Shown piece by piece: positions 40,402 to 52,230 of a stretch of DNA of 64,000 bases. Within the stretch, counting starts at the first letter, position 1. Every line of letters starts with the position of its first letter. Made by a program: the position numbers and the translations under genes. The notes under the pieces are model-generated. The model searched no databases, was not told the origin of the DNA, and worked only from the letters and a program-made list of their open reading frames with translations. The stretch lies in contig OX597817.1 of assembly GCA_951406725.2 (NCBI GenBank), forward strand, positions 71,486,001 to 71,550,000, given 5' to 3'. This DNA comes from Octopus vulgaris (lineage: Eukaryota).

Positions 40402-41651
40402 AAGAAAACAACATTGCATTACACCTCTCTTGCACATGAGCAACGCACAACCAGAACCTTTGCAATCACACAAATTATTGGGCCACAATATCAATGAGGA
40501 TTACTCCTAGCAAAAAACATTCTTTACATAGCTAGTACTGAATCCCAATGACTGACCCTTCTCTCCAAGGCTACAAGATACTTTATCTGCCAACAATATT
40601 GACATTTCTGCAAAAATCACATGAAAACCACAATGAAGAATAGCTCCCCATCAGGGATGGTGCTACTGCTACGCACACAGACATGTTAAAACCGTAACAT
40701 CTGCAAAAAAGCCACCTCAATGTGTGGCATATATTATTTGAAGACACTGTCCAGCCTCTGGCCCATAGGCACTTTTGTCATCTCTACCTTTTCTGCTTGC
40801 TCTATAATGGACTCTACTCTTCAGTGTTGTCTGGACTCATGCCAATTACACCCAGGCATTCCCGATCTACACATTTCTTCTCCTCTTATCACACCCTTTG
40901 CACCAAACCCAGTTCACCAGGCCCTGCATTAGCCATAATACCTAGTCCTTCCTTTACAGAATAATGGCCCTCTGGAATTCGTTCTGTACTCATGTCTTTC
41001 CCACAAGGATAACTTGCAATAATTCATAGGAAACATAAATAGATTCAATCTCTATGATATCAGAGGGTCTGCAAAGACCATAGGCACTCCCTTTTTTCTG
41101 AACTCAGTAAAGAAAAAGCAATGAAAATTTTCCAATTGAATTCTTATGTGTGGTAACAAATATCAATTGCAATTCATAATTATCCTAAATTGCATTTCTA
41201 AAGGCTATTTAAATTGTATTCATTTTGATTCATATTGTTTACTGTTTCAGTTGCAATTTGAACTCAAATATAACTGCAAATGCAAAAAGAGAAAATTAAA
41301 TCAGATTGTTAAATAATATTTTTGAGAAAGACAGGATAATGCTGTCTAGGAAAATCTTTTTCACCATAAATCAAGATGGCATGGTTGGAATGCTTTTGAT
41401 CAAACATTTTCTCACAAAACTGGATAAAGACTAACTGTAGTGTAATTTTTAAATAAATGGCGCGCGACCGCACTCACACACACACGCACGCACGCATGCG
41501 AAAGTAAATCGAACCGTTAAATAATATTCTTTAAAATGTCTGCTTTGGACTGTGGCATCATTGGTGTACTCGCAAAAACTTGAGTGCAGTTTACTGTCGT
41601 AAAAAAGTGAAAGTAAATTGCCCTAAAAAAATGAAAGTAAATTGCGATACA

Positions 41652-42710
41652 ATCCGGAAGTGACGACAATGACATCCCATAATTTCATGTAAACACTATC
41701 TGACATAAAGAAAGTATAGAACGTGCATTTATTTCATAAAACATGAAAACCGTACATATATATATATTTAAGGACAATTTACTTTCATGGTAAACTTGAT
41801 GCTAACCAGGGAACGTAATTAAAAAAAAACCAGTTCTACCAAGGATCACAGATGGAGAAAAACTAGAGAGTTCCTTCTTGACTTTGCTCTCAGCTAAGAT
41901 CGGTTATGTGAACGTAGGCACTATGTTTTCTGTGAAAAAGTGTGATTAGGAAGCGAGTGCCTTTCTATTTCAGTACGTAAAGAGCGAAGGTAATCAATAA
42001 TGTTAGTTTCCTTATTTGGTCCTACAAACGATTGTCTGCTTTATTTGGAAACTGTTAATCAATTTGTTTTTGTGATAAACATGAATCAAAAGTAGACATA
42101 TATATTCAGAGAAAGAAAGAGAAGAAATAAATCTCAGAAAAAGACGTCCTGGAATTTGTAAATAAGAAAGAGAGGAGAAAGAGAAGTACAGGGAGAGAAA
42201 CAGAGAGAAATAAATATAAAAAAAAAAGGAAAGAGAGAGCGAAATATATATTGAAGATGTCACTTACTTCCTGTGAGAATGAATCGTTTATGAATCACCA
42301 ATCAGAATGTTGTTGATGCTGACGATTAAGCAGACGATAAACAAGGTTTTGCTAGTTTAACTTCATCAATAAATGTATTCAGTTTGTTTATATAATTTGT
42401 TTTCCTTAAAATTAAGCCAACATATGCAAATCATGGAGAGCAAAACTATAGAATCGGAAGTAGAATTAAAGCGCATGTGCAAAATCAAAATGAGGCTGAT
42501 CAGCCTCGATTTCGATTTTCTTGTATTATAATGTGTATTAATATGCATATTTTCCGAGCTGTAAGTTAATGACATTCCAGAAAAAGACTGAACTTTATTT
42601 GATTGGATTGTTAGACTCAGTTAAGGACAACAAATAGCTGTTTTGTTTTCAGACAATATCATTTGCCCGATCGACAGACTCCAATGCTTACACGTTCTAA
42701 ATTGCATGAG
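41652..42710 (-). promoter_or_regulatory. Paralogous promoter/non-coding first-exon cassette, copy 4
   Basis: GCGCATGTGC 42471-42480, TCGGAAGT 42454-42461, uORF ATG at 42366 (MKLN*), donor = rc of 42262-42267, intronic ATCCGGAAGTGACGA at 41652. Confidence 0.7.
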
Positions 42711-43725
42711 TTCAAAGATATCAGTTCCTATGACTTTCAACAAATTCACGAAACCAGTTCAGAAGAACGCATGAAAAAGCATTTCACCAATTATGGCACC
42801 AAAAGATTATTTGCCATTGAAATAACAGCAAGGAGACATCGTTTTCGGTGCCATGCATTCCTTTAAAACAATACTACAACGAAAGAACTGAAAGACTAAG
42901 ATGACTGCACGCTTACAAACATTGTTGGATCATTCGCGCTTTCATTTTGTACGCCTGCAAAACGTTCGATATATGAGTTCACGAATGCATTTTCCAAGGG
43001 CGTTAATTATATTGCTTCTTTCTAGGTCTGATCGTAGGTATTTTCATCGTAGCCATCCTGTCTGCTGCTTTTTCTGACAGATCAAGAAATTCATATCCAA
43101 AAAGTTTTTCTTTGCTGTTGTTGCTTTGCCTCAGTTGCCTATGATCAAAACTTTTCATACTATCTTCATTTTTATTCTATAAGAGACGGACAACATTATT
43201 TAATGTGCCCTTCCTTTAAACATTTCTCGCTGATGGAAGGACTAGGCTGTTTTCTAATTTATTTTATTAACGAAAACTAATCTACACCTGTGAGTGTACT
43301 TCTGATTAAAAGCGTTTCAATCGTGAATCTTTTTTTCTATTTTTTTCTAGACATTATACGTATGTCCTTTCTCCAGAGCAGTCATGGACAATCTGCGGCC
43401 TGCAAGACTTTCTAAATAGAACGCCTCATGTGAAGTTACAATGAATATTTTTAGCGGTGTGTCCTGCCTGATGATGAATCAAGATCGTCCATTCCTACAG
43501 TCAACAGGAAATGATTTGAAGGACCGCTCTTTTCAATACTTCTCGTATCCAGTTTCACTTTTTCGTCTTCCTGTTCCCACTTTTCAATCTTCCCCGTCAT
43601 CTCTCTCATCCCTTCTCTCTCCTCTTCTCTCTATACTGGGTCTCCTTTACTCTCTTCATATTTCACAGCTAGACTTTTGGTCTAAAGTTGTGTCATTATT
43701 TTGAAAAAATGGCCGCATTTATACC

Positions 43726-43727
<2 letters not shown>

Positions 43728-43807
<80 letters not shown>
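43728..43807. repeat. (CA)n microsatellite
   Basis: Uninterrupted CA run of ~80 bp. Confidence 0.95.
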
Positions 43808-43810
<3 letters not shown>

Positions 43811-43906
43811 ATATAAAGTTTCCTTGTCCATCCTTTATGTTTAATTTGGAACGATCATGAGATCTCTTCAGTTTGGCTCACAGATTTTTTTATTATTTCT
43901 TTTTCT

Positions 43907-44908
43907 AACTAAACAGTTTGAAACTTCGATACTGGTGTAATTTCGCTGAACTTATAACAGTTTTGATAAAATTTTGTTTTCTAGAAGATATTTCGTGTTG
44001 AAGCTGTTGTATTTGGGTAATTTTAACCAACCAACGACGCGTATTCAGCTGAAGAAACCTACAGCTTTTTGCGATAGTAATCGAAGAGCAACAAATTCCG
44101 GGGCATCTCTACTAAATGTACTTTTCAACCACGTGTGGATTATACAGTGTGTTCTCTGGCTTGGCTATGAGTGCATGAAATATAGGCAGATACTCAAAGA
44201 AATGAGATAGAGAGTATGTTAGAGAGAGTGAGAGGAGGAGGAAGAGGAGGAGAGATAGCGCATATTTAGTAAAGATGACCTGGACGTTGCTGCTCTTCGA
44301 TTACTATCGCAAACAGCAGTAGATTTCTTCAACTGAATACGCGTCGTTGATTGGTTTGTAGCGTAGCTAGGTGATATCCTCACTGTTTGAGAGATATATT
44401 AGAAATGATCTCGTATTAGATAGCAACCATCTTCGGCTATTTGGACCCTGTTGTGTCCACTGCTCTGATTGGTTGACATTGGCGCAGTTTGTCTCTTGAC
44501 TTATTTCGCGCCACTGTGTAAGCCAACCAATCACTGCCTTCGGATAAGGTCCCATGACACAGTCTTTTGGGGGTTTCACTGGAGCCCATCTCAGGTTATA
44601 AAAGGCGCCAGCAAATCACTATTTTTCTTCTTAGGTTCCAGTCCTTCTCAGGACTAACCTCTGACCACAGAGCGACTCAGCCAGTTCCAGTTCCAGCGAC
44701 AGACGACCAGACCAGCCAGCCATGTTCCTGCTCCAGCGAATGACGACGCTAACATACACCAGCAATGCTACAGGTTAAAATTGCCCAAATACGGCAACTT
44801 TAGCACGAAGTAACTTCTAGAATACGAAATTTTGTCAAAAATATTGAAAGTGAACCGTGTTTAGCGTCAGAAATTACACCAATATACGAAGCTACGAACT
44901 GTTTAGTC
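43907..44908. mobile_element. Foldback/MITE with ~190-bp inverted arms, right arm interrupted by a solo LTR
   Basis: CCAACCAACGACGCGTATTCAGCTGAAGAAA...GCGATAGTAATCGAAGAGCA is mirrored at 44290-44356 and continues after 44773. Confidence 0.8.
44357..44772 (+). mobile_element. Solo LTR (416 bp)
   Basis: TGTAGC...GCTACA termini, 4-bp TSD GGTT, internal TATAAAA at ~44597; the empty site can be inferred from the opposite MITE arm. Confidence 0.85.
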
Positions 44909-45330
44909 GAGCTCATCTTCTGAATAAACTGGGTGTTAATGGCGTTTTTGTATGTTCCTTTCTCTGATTAAATTGAGCACTGTCATTAAATTATATTTCG
45001 TCTCACTAATGAGATTGCTTATTCAATCGAAACTTTCTAAACTCTGAGAAAATCCATAATTATATATTGTATATTAGTAAATTTTCCCGAAACCTACTGG
45101 ATAAATTATAAACAACATTGACGAATGAAAAGGTGGGAAACGGATAGAGATGAATAAGAACAAGAACAATGACAAAAGCTACAAGAACTTCATCCTATTT
45201 GGTCCATTTCAAAGCAAGTTTCTTTTCATGTACATATTACAAATTTAGAAAATTTTAATATTCTATATTCATAATCCTTGTGCAATGGATGCCTGGCTCG
45301 GTGGGCAAGTCGGAACGCCTCCTGAACGGA

Positions 45331-45856
45331 CGCGAATTTTTTTCCTACGAGAGTTCCGGACTCCAGTAATGAATTAATTTGCTGGCAGTCAATCATAGCT
45401 CACCTTGATCTTGTTATCAAATTAACAAACACACACTACCAAGTAAACTCAAGACGAAGTCGACCGATCGCCACGTTAAGCCTGATTTTTAGAAGGAGAC
45501 AAGTAATTAGATAGATTTGCATCTATACCTATTATCGATGTGGATGGGAAAAATGTGGGTAGAGGGTGAAGTGCTAGCAACCCTCTCCCCTTGTTTTTTT
45601 TTTTTTTGTGCTGTTTTACAAAGTAAGCAGCACAAATAACTACGCAGAGGCTTCCATGGTTGAAACAAGAACATGAACAACAAGCATTACTAAAAATGAA
45701 AAGAAGCATGGTCATTCCTTACTCATGTGACCTCATCTTATCGCCTATCACTTGTTATGCGCCCATAAATTAGTTTGATAGTTGAGCTCTGTTTGGCTGT
45801 ATGCAAATGAGTTTATAACTGGGGTCCGGAACTCTCGTGGGAAAAACAAATTCGCG
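45331..45856. mobile_element. MITE with ~50-bp TIRs inserted in a SINE
   Basis: CGCGAATTTTTTTCCTACGAGAGTTCCGGACTCCAGT vs ACTGGGGTCCGGAACTCTCGTGGGAAAAACAAATTCGCG; flanks GAACGG on both sides; the same TIR recurs at ~57750. Confidence 0.75.
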
Positions 45857-46699
45857 AACGGGACGCCAGTCCGTCGCAGGGTTATCTAGTTACGGATGAG
45901 TGGACTGGAGTAGTGTAAAATGAAGTGTTTTGCTTAAGAACACAACACATCGCCAGTCTGGGAATCGAAACCATTATCTTGCGATCATGAGTTCAACATC
46001 TAAACTATTAAACTACGCGCTTTCATGAATGCCTTTTACACATTGCTAAATCCTACCATTTCATCAAATGGCAACACTAACATTTTGCTCTGACAATACC
46101 TTGAATTCCTTATTTCTTCTAGTCGCATTCATTTTCATCATATTTGGCGTTATGCATTTCCTCCGTGACTTCTCATTCATCGATCAGTTGTTTAGACTCC
46201 CCCTCGCATCCTAAACCGGACAATAAAAGTTTTGTGTAATAACACACCCTATACTGTGATAAATATAAAATTCACAAAACAGCAATAAGTCGTGGACATG
46301 ACAAGGAGTTTTCGGTATATAACGATATTTGGGCAGTGATATTAATAGGTTACGCAGCGACGGTGATCACCGTCATTGTTCTTCATCATTATTACCCTAA
46401 TTTTAAGTTTATTTCATTAGCTAAAAGATGTTTTCGTACAAAAATTATAAAATGTTTCTGGCAGATATACAAATGGACATCGGTATATACGTACTATCTC
46501 AGAAACAGTTACCTCTTAATTTTTAGAAGTTGAGTAATGCACGACGATATTTGGTTTAAGGACAATTATGCTTAATTTTTACAATTTCTTATTTTTCTCA
46601 AGTGCTAGAAGTAGAAATAGCAATAATTATAAATTTTGGTGCAAGGCCAGCAATTCTAGTGAGAACGGTTAGTCGATATCATTGATCCCAATATTTGAT

Positions 46700-47022
46700 T
46701 TCGAGAGGGGCCACGTTTCTGCTCCATATCAGAGAATGGAGAGAGCCAATGCATTGTAGATGCGGAGCTTCGTTTTCCGGCAGATAGAGCAGTGGCCCCA
46801 AAGGGGATTTCATAAGGAGTACGTGACCCCGGCAGCCAGAACACACATGCGGTTGATCTCCTTATCAAAGAGGATCGACGTCACTTTGGAGGATGTAGAC
46901 AGGCTGGCACAGTACCGTCAGCAACAGAGAGAACTGGTAGACCTGGTCGACTCTACGCATGATCACGTCTATAGAACTACAAATATGGGATGAGCCCAGC
47001 CCCATCAAGCAAGAAAGCAAAC
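46700..47022 (+). mobile_element. LINE 3'-end fragment with (CAAG)-type tail inserted in a SINE
   Basis: GHV motif, R-P-R segment, tail CAAGCAAGAAAGCAAA; splits the SINE sequence ATTGATCCCA...TACTTGATTTATCGAC. Confidence 0.5.
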
Positions 47023-47752
47023 AGTACTTGATTTATCGACCTCAAAAGGCTGAAAAGAAAAGCTGGTAGAGTCCTTAGCATGCCGAGCAAAATGCTTGGC
47101 AGCATTTCGACCATCTTTATGTTATGAGTTCAAATTTCGTTGAGGTTGACTTTGCCTTTCATCCTTTCGGGGTCGATAAAATAAGTACCAGTCGAGGACG
47201 GTGGTCGATGTAATTGCCTTACCAACTCCCTCGAAAATGCTGGTTTTGTGCCAAAATTTGAAACCATTATCAATGTTGATGTAACTCCACTTGATTTATT
47301 ACAATCTTTTTTTTTTGTCTTTTTTTGTTAAATCTAGTTCAGCTCAGATTTAGCTGAGCACCAATCAAATGCATTCAAGCTTGTATATCCTATGTGTTTT
47401 TAGTAAAAAAAAAATAGATAAATAAAACTGTATCTATAATTGCATTATCCAGTGCATCATTTTTATTTTAGATGATAGGAAATCTCAAGAAGAAGAAGAA
47501 GAAGAGGGAAAAGGAAGAGGAAAAGAAAGACAAGAAAGTTACATAAATGATGACATGGGAAGAAAAAATTCTGCAAAACAAATGTCTGTGTAGTATAATT
47601 ATATATTAGAGCATACAATATACAATGTAATTATTATGTTTGCAGAAACATAATAATAATAGTTTTGAAAAGGATCTTGTTTAGAGTTAATCAATAAATG
47701 GTTGTGTTTTCACATCTTCACAGATTTTCTTTGGGCCAATTTTACCTATCGC

Positions 47753-47755
<3 letters not shown>

Positions 47756-47809
<54 letters not shown>

Positions 47810-48000
47810 TATGTATGTATGTGTGTGTGTGTGCGTGTGTATGTATATATATACATACATACACACATAGATATGTGTTTATATATGCATATATATACAT
47901 GTATGTAGACATGTACATATACATACATACACACACACACGCGCACACATATACATACATACCTACATACACACTTGCATATATCTATCTATCTATCTAC

Positions 48001-48078
<78 letters not shown>
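47756..48078. repeat. Compound microsatellite (CT)n/(TG)n/(CA,TA)n/(CTAT)n
   Basis: Directly visible. Confidence 0.95.
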
Positions 48079-48079
<1 letters not shown>

Positions 48080-48084
48080 CAGCT

Positions 48085-50030
48085 TATGTATCTTATTCTG
48101 TCTCCAGTTCTGCCTATTCCTCGGGATGAGTAGGATTCATTCACGGTTGTCACTTCGCTTGCTTCCTTCATCTTTTCTATCCACTGCATATATAATCGTC
48201 TTCTTATTGTACCTTCAATTTATCCTGACATATGCCCTTATGCCGTCTCTCATAATAATGTGACCAAAAAATTTTAATCTTTGACATTTGGTGCATTCAT
48301 CGTAATTTCAAGTTTCATTTGCTACCGTATAGATATGTTTACTCTTCCCGTTCATGCTATTCTAACTAATCATCTCCAACACAACATTTCGAGCGCATAG
48401 ATTTTCCTTCCATTTTGTTTTTTAATTGTCTAGCTTTCACCATTATGCAACATTACTGAATACATCATTGATTTTTAGCAATATTCTTTTGGTTTTTGCG
48501 ACATTCCTTATCTTTCACAATATTTTGTAGTCTCATCATAACAGATTTTCCAATAGCTGTTCTTTTTCTTCAAATTTTATTTAAGCACTTAACTGCTTTT
48601 CAATATTGGATTTAAAATGAGAAATCTTGTCCAGGCTTTCATCGTCTGACCTCCAATCTTAGTCTTGCCTTTTCATATTTAAATTTAACAAAATTTTAGG
48701 TTTGTTTGTAATATTTAATTTGAATCCAACTTTAGCACACTCTTCTCATACCTTTTCTAGTACACTTGTTAGAGTCTTCCTTTTCTGCCAATTGTGTTAT
48801 CCGGTTATTTCAGACTGCCAATTGTATCATCCGGTTATCTCAGACTATCAATTATCTACCCTTTCATTTTAACTTTCACCTCATGATATTTTTACTGTAC
48901 TAGAAGAAAATGCAAATTCTTCTTTCGATGTCTAGCAATTCTAGACACAGAATCGTTTTTATTATAGCTTACTCTGAATAAAGATCTTGTATGAGGACTA
49001 AATGTTCCGGCACACCTGTTTCTTTCAGCTACACCCAAACTAATGATTTTCACACCACATTTTTTCTGTAAATCAGCGAAGCATATATTGAACGCTTTAC
49101 AGTAGTTCCTAGATATTTCCTATTTCTATTATAGGTTTGCAGTTTGGTCTCTTGTTGCCCTTCCTTTCTTGAAACTAGTTCTGTAGCTAAGTTCATCTCC
49201 AAAGTTGGACGAAGCCATTTTTATAATTTTTTTAACGATCTTGCTTATATGAAATATGAGGTCAACTGTCCTGTGATTATTGTATTGTTGTGCACACCTT
49301 TCCAAGGAATAGGGTTGTATTTAAACGTTTTTCAGCCTTTCCGCCACTGCCTCGTCATCTAAATGCTTTGACCAAGTTTTGTGAATATTTTAATAATAAC
49401 ATTTTTATCATCTACTTTCAACATTTCTAAATATCTCTACAACCTGATGCTTTTTTTTTTGTTGCTACTTCAGAAATAACCCAATATATCTCTGTTCCCA
49501 TTATGTTTGGTGCCTCTTCACATTCCATTGATGTATAAATCTTGAAATTCTACCTCTATATTCTTCTCATCGCGTTTTAATAGTATCTCCTTCACTAATG
49601 TCTTCTTCATTTCTGTTCATTAGTAATCCGATTCTAAGAACTAACTTTCCAGTACTTTCCTATATTATCTTGAAGATATTTCTAGTTCTTCCTTTTTGTT
49701 GATATTCTACTTCTATTTTGCATTACTTCTTCAAATAATTATTTTTATGTTTTCTTTTCTTTCTCTTATTTTTTGCTGCACATCGGAATTTACTGCTCAG
49801 TTTTTTGAATTCGTCAATATCTCTCATTGCTTTTACTGTGTAGCCGTTCTTCTGCAACTTCTATTGTTGCTGTAATCCATTTAGTCCTTGCTCTTTCTTC
49901 TAATAAGATGGTTTCGTGTTACCTAATCAGCAATGTCATTCATTTTTTGCTATATTTCTTTAGGAAACTCGCCAAAGTTATCAATAAGTGTAAATCGATT
50001 TTTGTTTTTTCTGATAATTTCTGAAGACCT
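48085..50030 (-). mobile_element. Decayed RTE (BovB-like) LINE
   Basis: Minus-strand remnants: CFADLQKK, DYCRAFN-like, KVGFKLNI, LEIFLVTLL/GHIM-like and IEGTIRRR segments; many stops. Confidence 0.6.
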
Positions 50031-50089
50031 CTCAGAACTCTTTCTTAAATTTTAATTTAGTTTTAAAAACGTGGTGTTGATTACCTGTT

Positions 50090-52230
50090 TCACAACCTTC
50101 TGAGGAGCTATCCATAGGTAATATTCCCTGAATTGTTTTACCTTCACATATGTTATGCCTAAGTCAGCCTACGGATTCAGGCCTCGTCCAAAATTTGAAA
50201 AGGCTTTAACGTCACGATTTCATGAGTGACTTGGTTAGCTATGAAAAAGGTACAATTGAAGATTTCCAGCAGATTTTCAATGTAAAGGATGCCATATCTA
50301 CGCAATCTCTTTCATGAAATAGTGTAAAAACAGACAAGTCAACGTTGTAGGAGAAAATTGAGGCTGATGACAATTTTTATGGATGAATAGAGTGAGGTTG
50401 ATTTCGAAGGTTTTCGAATCAAACCTTTATGCAAAGTGGTTAGAGAGATATGTGCATTGGTGAAGAGAAATCAGGACATGAAGGAGGAAGAGACAGAAGA
50501 TTAAGTTAATATTAACAGCAATGTTCCTATCGCCATATCTTTGAATGATGAAGAAATAACTTTTGTATTGGACTCCAGCACCGTGGAAAACAAAGATGAA
50601 GAGTAAGAAGAAACAGAATCTAAAGTTTTGTAGAAGGCAGCAAAGAAGGTGCTGGATATATTTATTTCTTTTGCAGAACATTCAACGTACATGAATGCAA
50701 ATGGCGTCGAGCAGTTTCATATCATTAAGAATGAATTTCTTCATGAAAGAGTAAAGACATCTCGGCAAGTTGATATACGAGAGATACTGAAGAAATTTAC
50801 AGAAAAGAAGTTCCAGATTCCATCCATCAATACGGACGCTGCTAGATCTTCCAAAGTTGATGTCGGAGATCCCGCCATATGACCGCTCCCTATCTCATCA
50901 AATTCACCCCGCCTCCTTGCTCCTTAAACCTCACCCGCCTCTTAACCTTCAGCCTCAGCAGTCAATGAACACGCCACTTTCCTTGAATAACTTATACGAG
51001 AATAACTTCTATTTTTATATAATACAGTTTAGTGTTAAGTACTTAAATATTTAAGAAGTAAAGATAATTTTATTTTCATTATAGACGCAGTTGAGAGTGA
51101 AATGTGTAAGAAAAGACTTGTGGTAATGTGAATTTAAGTGCTATTTACTAATGTATATTTTATTAGGAAGAAAATGTGTTGTTAATTAGAGCAAACAGAA
51201 TTTGTGCTAACTTGTGTTAATTAATTGTTGGTAACAGAAATTAAGCTTCTACTGTATCTCAAATAAATGTTTACAGTATTATGTTTTATATCACTGAATT
51301 TACAACACAATTTTATTACAATACAATTTAATTAGGTTAAGAATTGTTTTATTTTTACTAAAATTATGTTTCTTTGATTTTTCTTTTTACTATATACAGA
51401 ATATCAATGATAATATTGATGCATATATACAGACATTTCAAGGCGGCGAGCTGACAGAAACGTTAGCACGCCGGGCGAAATGCTAAGCCGTATTTCGTCT
51501 GTCGTTACAAACTGTGCTTATTTGTCCCTTCTGTGTTTAGCCCCTTGTGGGTAGTAAAGAAATAGGTATATCGTCTGCCGCTACGTTCTGAGTTCAAATT
51601 CCGCCGAGGTCGACTTTGCCATTCATCCTTTCCGGGTCGATTAAATAAGTACCAGTTACGCACTGGGGTCGATATAATCGACTTAATCCGTTTGTCTGTC
51701 CTTGTTTGTCCTCTCTGTGTATAGCCCTTTGTGGGCAGTAAAGAAATTGGTATTTCGTCTACCGTTACGCTCTGAGTTCAAATTCCGCCGAGGTCGACTT
51801 TACCTTTCATCCTTTCGGGGTCGATTAAATAAGTACCAGTTACGCACTGGGGTCGATATAATCGACTTAATCCGTTTGTCTGTCCTTGTTTGTCCCCTCT
51901 GTGTATAGCCCCTTGTGGGCAGTAAAGAAATTGGTATTTCGTCTACCGTTACGCTCTGAGTTCAAATTCCGCCGAGGTCGACTTTACCTTTCATCCTTTC
52001 GGGGTCGATTAAATAAGTACCAGTTACGCACTAGGATCGATATCATCGACTTAATCCATTTGTTTGTCCCCTCTATGTTTAGCCCCTTGTGGGTAATAAG
52101 GAAATATATACAGACATTTCATGGGTTTTGTAAGGTGTTATGGTAATTTAAAGTGTATGACAAGATATCTGGAAAATTCAGTTAACCGATAACACTCCGG
52201 TCCCAGTGGTACCAGACAGGGAGTTCACTA
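50090..52230 (+). mobile_element. Decayed pogo/Tigger-like DNA transposon (3' part) carrying a SINE insertion
   Basis: LPSHMLCLSQPTDSGLVQNLKRL resembles the DDE_1 motif LPPNTTSLxQPxDxGIIxNLK; TIR-like end ...GGGAGTTCACTA. Confidence 0.5.
51441..52103 (+). mobile_element. Multimeric tRNA-derived SINE within a single 18-bp TSD
   Basis: TSD ATATATACAGACATTTCA at 51423-51440 and 52104-52121; one head plus three ~184-bp headless units. Confidence 0.9.

Larger units (their letters stand above)
39900..41060 (+). mobile_element. Decayed CR1/Jockey-like LINE 3' region interrupted by a SINE chimera
   Basis: ILEWEYANLLSFNSKKTQLL, VQPLAHRH..HLYLF..LYNG, SFTE*WPSGI (FF.RT..LWN-like) remnants. Confidence 0.55.

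Noticed and set aside
47698-48129. Long low-complexity ORFs (also 52603-53026, 61345-61671, 62403-62804)
   Set aside because: They are translations of microsatellites.
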